Positions 57,580 through 64,000 of a DNA stretch of 64,000 bases are shown one piece after another (position 1 is the stretch's first letter; every line of letters begins with the position of its first letter). Source of the DNA: Deltaproteobacteria bacterium (GTDB lineage Bacteria; Desulfobacterota; GWC2-55-46); assembly GCA_016234935.1 (NCBI GenBank), contig JACRNL010000011.1, forward strand, positions 129,472 to 193,471, given 5' to 3'. Both the position numbers and the translations under genes were made by a program. The notes beneath the pieces were generated by a model. That model did no database searches, was not told the origin of the DNA, and worked only from the letters and a program-made list of their open reading frames with translations.

Positions 57580-57861
57580 GTGATGGAGAGAAAGGCTGAT
57601 TATAAGAGCCTTATTATTGTTTGGGCGGGACTAATATTGCTCACGTGGCTTTCTGCCGGCGTCTCCGGCGCCGGCCTTGCGGCGGAGGCGCGTGTGGCTG
57701 TGCCGCTGCTTATCGCAATGCTCAAGGCGTCTTTGGTCTTTTACTTCTTCATGCGCTTCAGGGTGGGCGGGGAGATATTCTGGGTGGTGCTTCCGGCAGG
57801 GCTGATAACGGTAATAATCATTACGCTTCTTGTATTTTCCGACGTGGGTTACAGGTATTGA
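57580..57861 (+). CDS. Cytochrome c oxidase subunit IV
   Basis: Three TMs; LILLT, IAMLKASLV..FFM, FSD; position in the operon. Confidence 0.85.
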   Translation: MMERKADYKSLIIVWAGLILLTWLSAGVSGAGLAAEARVAVPLLIAMLKASLVFYFFMRFRVGGEIFWVVLPAGLITVIIITLLVFSDVGYRY

Positions 57862-57906
57862 AGACGCATTGACATTTACGCCGCTAAAAGGCCGGCGGTA
57901 AAAGAG

Positions 57907-58524
57907 GTGCTTTTAAGAATGCTGTTAAGCCAGGCAAGCAATATAGGAAAACTCACTGACGGCGCGTTCATGGCAATTACTGCCATTTGCGTGGCGCTTT
58001 TCCTGACAATAAATATCATTATGCTGTATTTCGCCGTTAAATACAGGAGATCCAGGCATCCGCAAAGCGCGGATATTGATGGAAGCGTTCTGCTGGAGCT
58101 TGCATGGACGGTCATCCCGGCGGCCCTTGTCGTGTTCATGTTTTACCTTGGGCTTAAGGGCTACGCCATCCGGAAGGACGCGCCCGGAGACGCGCTCGCG
58201 GTGAATGTGCGCGGGCAGATGTGGTCATGGATATTTCAGTATGCCAACGGCAAGGAAAGCAGCGCTCTGGCATTGCCCCTTAACAGGGCCGTGAAGTTCA
58301 ATCTGACCTCCGGCGACGTCATCCACAGCTTTTTCATCCCTGCGTTCGGGATAAAGGGGGACGTGGTCCCGGGCAGGCAAAACACCCTCTGGGCCGTCCC
58401 GATTGAAAAGGGTTCTTTTGACGTCTTTTGCACGGAATACTGCGGCGCCGGACATTCGATTATGCTGTCAAAGGCTGTTGTGATGGACGAAAAGGATTTC
58501 GAGGAGTGGTATGGGGCGCGGTGA
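57907..58524 (+). CDS. ctaC: Cytochrome c oxidase subunit II (CuA)
   Basis: LELAWTVIP, QMWSWIFQY, DVIHSF, CTEYCGAGHSIM. Confidence 0.93.
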   Translation: MLLRMLLSQASNIGKLTDGAFMAITAICVALFLTINIIMLYFAVKYRRSRHPQSADIDGSVLLELAWTVIPAALVVFMFYLGLKGYAIRKDAPGDALAVNVRGQMWSWIFQYANGKESSALALPLNRAVKFNLTSGDVIHSFFIPAFGIKGDVVPGRQNTLWAVPIEKGSFDVFCTEYCGAGHSIMLSKAVVMDEKDFEEWYGAR

Positions 58525-58550
58525 GATATTTTCCGGCAAGGTTGAAAAAA

Positions 58551-58625
58551 TGGAGGCGGCGAGCGGACTCGAACCGCTGAATCGCAGTTTTGCAGACTGC
58601 TCCCTTGCCACTTGGGTACGCCGCC
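58551..58625 (-). tRNA. tRNA-Cys (GCA)
   Basis: Reverse complement GGCGGCG TACCCAAGTGGCAAGGGA GCAGT CTGCAAA ACTGC GATTC AGCGG TTCGAGT CCGCT CGCCGCC T CCA folds as a cloverleaf with encoded CCA. Confidence 0.97.
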
Positions 58626-58747
58626 GTTTGTTTATCCTGTAATCACTATAAACAGCGGCAATGAACTTTGTCAAGACTTAAAGTTTTTTGCGAGTCTCGC
58701 GCTGCACATTTTTGTTTTTTAAGATATACTCGTATTGAACAAGGTCG

Positions 58748-59080
58748 CCCCTTGAAGGGGTTCAACCCCCTGAGGGCGGTTCAACGCCGCAACCATACAC
58801 CATCCAGTTCATCTGCGTCAAAACACACCTTAGATCATCTCCGATAGGCATTTCACATGGGCACTGCTGCGTTCCCGGCGCCTTGCAAGCGGTTTTGCCG
58901 CGGCCGAATGAACCGGCCTGTGCAAACGCCCCCACCCTGCCCTCCCCCATCAAGGGGGAGGAGATAAGGAAGTGGTCATCTGAACGCGGGGTTTTAATCC
59001 ACCACAGTCCCCCTTAGAAAAAAAAAGGGGGGGGGGAAGCCTAAATTCCCCTCTTTTCTAAAGAGGGGTTAGGGGAGATT
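58748..59080. repeat. Intergenic region with family B, family E and CCCCTCTTTTCTAAAGAGGGG palindromes
   Basis: CCCCTTGAAGGGG at 58748; family E at 58929-58980; palindrome at about 59048-59068. Confidence 0.75.
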
Positions 59081-59689
59081 ATGGGAAAAAAGAAAAAAGA
59101 AGCTTCCGTAATAGACCGTGCCTTCAAGATACGCTTCGGCGTGAAGCTGTGCCTGTTTGCCACGTCGGCGCTTCTGGCGGCGACGGCCTTTGTGTATTCC
59201 GTCACCTCTCAAAAGCTCGGCGGCGGCTATGCCGAGGCTGTCTACACGATAGCAAATCTCAAGGTGAAAATCTTTCCGCTTATCTTCGCTTCGCTCTACA
59301 CGGCAGGGATACTTGCTTTTGCAACTATCTCCATCGCGGTTATCTCCGTATTTTTTTCACACAGGATAGCCGGACCCATCTACCGCATGGAAAGGAGCCT
59401 GGAGGCCATTGAGTCAGGAGACCTCACGACCACGACGAAGCTCCGCTCCGGGGATCAGCTTATGCCTGTTGCCGAGGATATGAACGGGATGGTCAGGGCG
59501 CTTAACCACAGGGTGAAAAGCATGCAAGAAGCCCTCGACGAGATTAAGGGCGACGCCCAAAGGCTTTCGGCCCTTTTGCAGGAAGAAGGACTCGCGGCCG
59601 GAGGCGCAATGGAAAAGGCAGAGGCGCTTAAAGGCGGCGTTGAGAAGCTTAAAAAATCCTCTGTGGTCGTGAAACCGAAGGAATATTAA
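59081..59689 (+). CDS. Two-TM HAMP-domain protein without output domain
   Basis: Two TMs, SHRIAGPIYR...GDLT....LRSGDQL...N.M HAMP, short coiled coil. Confidence 0.82.
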   Translation: MGKKKKEASVIDRAFKIRFGVKLCLFATSALLAATAFVYSVTSQKLGGGYAEAVYTIANLKVKIFPLIFASLYTAGILAFATISIAVISVFFSHRIAGPIYRMERSLEAIESGDLTTTTKLRSGDQLMPVAEDMNGMVRALNHRVKSMQEALDEIKGDAQRLSALLQEEGLAAGGAMEKAEALKGGVEKLKKSSVVVKPKEY

Positions 59690-59690
59690 G

Positions 59691-60494
59691 GTGAAGAAGT
59701 TTTGGCTCATTACGCTCCTGCTGGCGGTTATAGCGCTGTTCGGGGTTTCCGACAGGTTTGTTTCCTCCATATGGCTGAGCTACCACAGTTTCGAGGGCAG
59801 ATGTAATGACTGCCATCTTGTCGTGCCAAAGCCCGGCGAAGGGCCGGGCACGCTTATGAAGAACGTAACCGTCCTTTGCACCTCCTGCCACGCGGAGATC
59901 AAGAATTTTTCGCATCCGGTTGACATGGCGCCGTCCATGCCGGTGCCGGTAAACTTTCCGCTGGACTGGAAAGGGACGGTAACGTGCGTGACGTGCCATC
60001 CCGTCCATGACTACGGACACGGCGAGGCCCATTTAAGGAGCGCTGCGTCGGGCGAGGGGTTTTGCGCGAACTGCCACGGCGATATTGATTCAAAGATGCA
60101 CGCTGCGTCCATCGGCACCGCACACCTATCGGCTTTTCAGGCGGACAGATTCGTAAGGACGCAGGCATCTGTCGATGAGCTTTCCCTTAAGTGCCTCTCC
60201 TGCCACGACTCCCTTGTGGGAAGAGGCGTAGAGGTCGAAAGCAAGGCCGCGACCGAGGGTTACCATGAGGCAAACCAGATAGGGCTTTCTCATCCCATCG
60301 GAGTGTCTTACCTTGAGGCAAAGCGGCTTTATTTTGGCGCGTACAGGGACATTGACAAATTGCCGCCGGAGATACATCTTTTCGGGGGCGTTATAGGCTG
60401 CGGCACGTGCCACGACCCGTATTCAAAGCGGCATTATGAGCTTGTCATGTCGAACGAGATAAGCGCCCTGTGCCTTGCGTGCCATGTAAAGTAG
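59691..60494 (+). CDS. Multiheme cytochrome c (7 CxxCH, doubled-CxxCH type)
   Basis: CNDCH, CTSCH, CVTCH, CANCH, CLSCH, CGTCH, CLACH; SHP motifs; N-terminal signal/anchor. Confidence 0.92.
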   Translation: MKKFWLITLLLAVIALFGVSDRFVSSIWLSYHSFEGRCNDCHLVVPKPGEGPGTLMKNVTVLCTSCHAEIKNFSHPVDMAPSMPVPVNFPLDWKGTVTCVTCHPVHDYGHGEAHLRSAASGEGFCANCHGDIDSKMHAASIGTAHLSAFQADRFVRTQASVDELSLKCLSCHDSLVGRGVEVESKAATEGYHEANQIGLSHPIGVSYLEAKRLYFGAYRDIDKLPPEIHLFGGVIGCGTCHDPYSKRHYELVMSNEISALCLACHVK

Positions 60495-60612
60495 GGTGCC
60501 GGGCAATTTTATTAATAGCGCTTTAATACTGCTTTAATGACTCTGTATTAATATGTGTTGACGTCTTAATGGGTTGATTTTTTCCATTAACTATGTTAAT
60601 TTTTAAGGGCGT

Positions 60613-61230
60613 ATGAAAAAAGGCCAATATCCGAAATACAGGAGACGTAATTTTTTCATCAAGAGGCATTTGCAGGGAAAGTTTGTGGCAGGGTTTACAA
60701 TCTTCGTGCTCGCGGGGATAATACTGAACCTGCTGCTTGCGTATTACCTGATAGACTCGCGCCTCACTGAGGAGATATACAGGATACATCTAACGGTAAG
60801 GTCGACCTCGGAGCTGGCGTGGCCGGTGCTTTGGAAGCTTTCGCTCGTGACGGTATGCGTGGGTTTTTTCGCGGCCGTCGGCATAGGATACCACCTGACG
60901 CGCCGGGTCGAGGTGCCTGTTCTGGATTTTATTGGAAGCGTCAGAAGCGCCGCCGGCGCGGACTTCTCGAACAGGTTCGCCAAGACGGGATTTAACGGCC
61001 TGGAAGACCTGCGCGTCTTCTATAACAGGATGGCGCATTCTATCGAAAAAAGGCTCTGTGCCGTCCATGATTCGGCGGTGGAAATGGGAAAGAGCTGTGA
61101 GAAAGTCAGCCGCCTGGCCGCCAAAAAGGCCTTGATGCGGGCTGATATTGAAGAGTTGAGAAAAGAGCTCATGGGCATCGAAGGCGCCGAGTTGAAGGCG
61201 CGCAGGGAATTGGCGCGATTCAAGGTTTAA
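60613..61230 (+). CDS. Two-TM HAMP-like membrane protein without output domain
   Basis: RRRNFFIKRHLQGKF N-terminus, two TMs, degenerate HAMP, coiled coil ending in FKV. Confidence 0.75.
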   Translation: MKKGQYPKYRRRNFFIKRHLQGKFVAGFTIFVLAGIILNLLLAYYLIDSRLTEEIYRIHLTVRSTSELAWPVLWKLSLVTVCVGFFAAVGIGYHLTRRVEVPVLDFIGSVRSAAGADFSNRFAKTGFNGLEDLRVFYNRMAHSIEKRLCAVHDSAVEMGKSCEKVSRLAAKKALMRADIEELRKELMGIEGAELKARRELARFKV

Positions 61231-61275
61231 AGCCGGCACGCGCCGGTACGAGAAAAAACGTATTGAGGGCTTAGC

Positions 61276-62403
61276 ATGAGAAAGGCCGTGTATGTATTCA
61301 TGTTGTTGCTTCTTATGGCGCCGGCTTTCGCCGGGACGCTTCATGCGGGCGACTGGCCGATGTTCCTGAAAGACGGGGAGCATTCATCCTATGCCGATGA
61401 CGCGCCCCTTCCGCCGTATGACGTAAAGTGGCGCTTCAGCGCGAAAGGGCCGTTCTATTCCTCTCCCATCGTCTACAAGAAAAAGGTTTTTGCCGGTTCC
61501 TACGACAAAAATATGTATGCCCTTGACGCCGGCACCGGCAAGGTTGTCTGGAGCTTTGTCTCGGAGGACGCTATACTCGGCACTCCTGCCGCGTTCAAGG
61601 ACGCCGTCTACTTCGCCACGAAGGCCGGTAAGGTCTACGCCCTTGCCGTTGACACCGGAAAGCTCATCTGGACCTTCGATGCCGAAGCGGGCGTGATGAC
61701 CTCTCTGCTCGTTGTGGACGATATCGTCTATTTCGGCGCGCAGGACCTTTATTTATATGCCGTTGACGCTAAGAGCGGCAAGCGCCTCTGGCGCCTGCGC
61801 GTGCCTGACACAAGCATATACAGCGGGATATATTCCTCTCCGGTGTATTATGGCGGGTCGGTGTTGGTTTCCGGGAAGAACGGGATCATATACTCGGTCG
61901 AGGCCAAGAGCATGGCGAGGAATTGGTCTAAGAGGGTTATGGCCGCAATGTACTCTTCCCCTGTCGTAAAAGACGGCGTAGTATATGTTTCCACCTACGG
62001 GAAAAAGATGTTCGCGCTGGACGTCAAGACAGGCAAGAACGTCTGGCAAAGGGAGCTTGAGGGCGAGTTTACGTATGCCTCGCCGGTAGTTATAAACGGC
62101 CGCGTATATCAAGGGCTTAAAAACGGCCATATAATGGTGCTTGATACGGCCAAGGGTCTTGTTAAGGGCAATATAAATCTGGGCGCCGCGGTTGATGCCA
62201 CTCCTGTCGGCACATCTTCCGGCATGCTTTTAGCCGGGTGTGCCGACGGGATGTTTTATGCGCTTGACGCGGCAAGCGGCGCCGTCAAGTGGAAGTTCGA
62301 AACCGATGGGGCCATTCATGCGTCTCCCGCGGTCGCAGGGGACGCCATATACGTCTCCACGGTGGAAGGCAGCCTCTACGCTTTTACGCCGCAAAAAAAA
62401 TAA
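61276..62403 (+). CDS. Secreted PQQ-like beta-propeller repeat protein (BamB-like fold)
   Basis: Signal peptide, DWPMF, repeated SSP....VY.GS.D..YALDA.TG..W units. Confidence 0.9.
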   Translation: MRKAVYVFMLLLLMAPAFAGTLHAGDWPMFLKDGEHSSYADDAPLPPYDVKWRFSAKGPFYSSPIVYKKKVFAGSYDKNMYALDAGTGKVVWSFVSEDAILGTPAAFKDAVYFATKAGKVYALAVDTGKLIWTFDAEAGVMTSLLVVDDIVYFGAQDLYLYAVDAKSGKRLWRLRVPDTSIYSGIYSSPVYYGGSVLVSGKNGIIYSVEAKSMARNWSKRVMAAMYSSPVVKDGVVYVSTYGKKMFALDVKTGKNVWQRELEGEFTYASPVVINGRVYQGLKNGHIMVLDTAKGLVKGNINLGAAVDATPVGTSSGMLLAGCADGMFYALDAASGAVKWKFETDGAIHASPAVAGDAIYVSTVEGSLYAFTPQKK

Positions 62404-62426
62404 CGGTATTTGAGAGAGTGTTAGGC

Positions 62427-63041
62427 ATGACCGCATCTAAAAAAATATCGGTGTTTATCCTGCCTTTTGTCCTTGCCGCATGCGCGGCGGCGTTTGCCGC
62501 CGGCGTCTCATCGGCGGCGGATGCCCCGGCTGTTCCTGCTGCCGCGCCTAAGCCTCCGTATACCGCCATTGAAGCGGTAACAACGATCATAGACCCGCAC
62601 ACGCAGATAAGCGACGAGGGACATATCCTCTGGGAAAAATGCATAATCTGCCACAGGAATGTGCCGGACTTGAAGAAAGAGAAGTCCATAAGCGACGTAA
62701 CGCTCCGTTATGCAAATGAAATGAAGGATCTGTGTCTTGGATGTCATATTGACAGGAAGCACCCCGGGACAGAAGGCGCAAGCGTCATGATGAGCGCCGC
62801 GGAGGCGCCGGATCATCTTGTCGTGCCTTCCCAGACAGTCAAGCAGAATTTGCGTCTCATGCTCAAAAGCACTCCTACGATATTCCCGTTTGATCCCAAG
62901 ACAGGAAAGGTCACATGCGTTACCTGCCACAATCCTCACGAAAAGGGTCTGCAGTCGGGCAAAGCCGGCTGGGGGGCCGGCTCTTTCAAGAGGCTTCGCG
63001 CCGAAGGTGATGATATCTGCCAATACTGCCACAGGAAATAA
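62427..63041 (+). CDS. Tetraheme cytochrome c
   Basis: Signal peptide; CIICH, CLGCH, CVTCH, CQYCH. Confidence 0.9.
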   Translation: MTASKKISVFILPFVLAACAAAFAAGVSSAADAPAVPAAAPKPPYTAIEAVTTIIDPHTQISDEGHILWEKCIICHRNVPDLKKEKSISDVTLRYANEMKDLCLGCHIDRKHPGTEGASVMMSAAEAPDHLVVPSQTVKQNLRLMLKSTPTIFPFDPKTGKVTCVTCHNPHEKGLQSGKAGWGAGSFKRLRAEGDDICQYCHRK

Positions 63042-63158
63042 TGCGTGACGGCAATCCCGAATGCTTATGAGGCGGCGTTTTTGGCGGCCATGGCGCATTA
63101 TGGTTTCTATATTAAACTGATGCGTTTCACCGGCGCCAGTGCTTAAGAGGCCTAATAA

Positions 63159-64000
63159 ATGCGCATGGGCGGAAAAAAAATCTCATACCCCCGCTTAAGA
63201 CCCACGCTTAAGCTTGCCCTCGAATGTTTCTATCGGGGGACACGCGAGGGCAGCCCAGCATCGCTTTCCGTTACCGGCAGGCGCAGGAAAGTGGCGCTGG
63301 GGAGGGCAGGCTTCCTGTGTCTTTTCTTCCTCGTCCTTGTCTTTTCCGGCTGTTCCTCCACCAGAGTGTCCGAGCCGCAGGATCAGAGGATAGTCCAGGG
63401 CAGGCGTCTTATCTGGCCGCCCGCTCCGGCCACGGCGCGCGTCGCATTTGTCCAGAGCATCTCTGCCCCTGAGGATATAGGCGCGAACAAGGGTTTTTTT
63501 AAAAAAATATTTGAATTTATCCTCGGCCCTGAAGGCAATGCGGTGCTAAAACCCTACGGCGTCGCAATAGACTCTTCCGGCAGGCTCATCGTGGCCGATA
63601 CCGCTTATAAGAGGATACACATATACGACCTCAAGGCGCCCGGCTACGACTATATTGACAGTGCTGGGGATGCAAAGCTTGAATCTCCCATCGGGGTAGC
63701 TGCCGATGCCGATGGCAATATCTATGTAACCGACCCGGGGGCAAGAAAAGTATTCGCTTACGGGAAAAAAGGGCAATTTCTCTTTGAGTTCGACGCGGGA
63801 GTGAAACCCACCGGCATCGCCGTGAACAGGGTTGACAAGGAAATCTACGTCGTTGATACCGGCGCGCACAGTGTGGGCGTCTACGACCTTAACGGCAACC
63901 GTAAAAGGAGCTTTGGAGTCTGGGGCGCAAAGGGCGGGGGCGAATTCAACTTCCCGGTGGACATATTCATTGACGGATCCGGCGATGTTTATATCACTGA
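63159..64000 (+). CDS. NHL-repeat beta-propeller lipoprotein (3'-truncated; absent from the ORF track because it has no stop in the window)
   Basis: Open frame from ATG 63159: ...FLCLFFLVLVFSGC lipobox, IWPPAPATARVAFV, KPYGVAID, SPIGVAAD..GNIYVTD, KPTGIAVN, FNFPVDI. True start uncertain. Confidence 0.88.
   Translation, partial: MRMGGKKISYPRLRPTLKLALECFYRGTREGSPASLSVTGRRRKVALGRAGFLCLFFLVLVFSGCSSTRVSEPQDQRIVQGRRLIWPPAPATARVAFVQSISAPEDIGANKGFFKKIFEFILGPEGNAVLKPYGVAIDSSGRLIVADTAYKRIHIYDLKAPGYDYIDSAGDAKLESPIGVAADADGNIYVTDPGARKVFAYGKKGQFLFEFDAGVKPTGIAVNRVDKEIYVVDTGAHSVGVYDLNGNRKRSFGVWGAKGGGEFNFPVDIFIDGSGDVYIT

Noticed and set aside
58551..58625. tRNA-Cys as an island integration site
   Set aside because: No integrase and no duplicated tRNA 3' end were found in the window.
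58840..58905. c-di-GMP-I/GEMM-like riboswitch (minus strand GGCAAAACC...GCAA...GGGAACGCA)
   Set aside because: Only a loose resemblance, no convincing second stem, and the wrong orientation for the cytochrome genes. An Infernal search with the c-di-GMP-I model would settle it.
59017..59036. A9-G10 homopolymer run as a phase-variation switch
   Set aside because: It lies within a CCCCCTT...AAGGGGG palindromic repeat in intergenic DNA, with no evidence that it sits in a promoter spacer or CDS.
61276..62403. Calling this gene bamB
   Set aside because: No lipobox and no der/yfgM/hisS context; generic PQQ-like propeller.

Overview
GC-rich bacterial chromosomal window. Gene content suggests a Deltaproteobacteria/Desulfobacterota-like organism (inference only). 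From left to right: (1) 1-8.9 kb housekeeping: 5'-truncated aas-type MFS-acyltransferase-acyl-ACP synthetase, DrrAB-like ABC exporter, rsmI, acylphosphatase and trmFO. (2) 9.1-43.8 kb, a 32-gene co-oriented surface-glycan locus. It holds a pseudaminic acid pathway (pseB, C, G, H-like, I), a Wzx flippase, three cytidylyltransferases and three large unassigned GT-B-like proteins. Its tailoring set is unusually rich: 2 B12-radical SAM, 2 radical SAM/SPASM, 4 class I methyltransferases, a class III aminotransferase and a dehydroquinate-synthase-like cyclase. (3) A MacAB-TolC-type exporter on the minus strand. (4) An archaic (Csu/spore-coat-U) chaperone-usher pilus operon containing a triple-MshEN (c-di-GMP receptor motif) protein fused through an internal signal-peptide-like segment to a pilin-like domain; this is the best candidate for an undescribed system. 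(5) An unannotated 36-aa membrane ORF and an A2-type cytochrome c oxidase operon. (6) tRNA-Cys. (7) A cluster of output-less HAMP membrane proteins, multiheme cytochromes and beta-propeller proteins. Intergenic spaces carry several families of dispersed, nested palindromic repeats, some apparently inserted in frame in coding sequences. No CRISPR array, integrase or transposase was seen.
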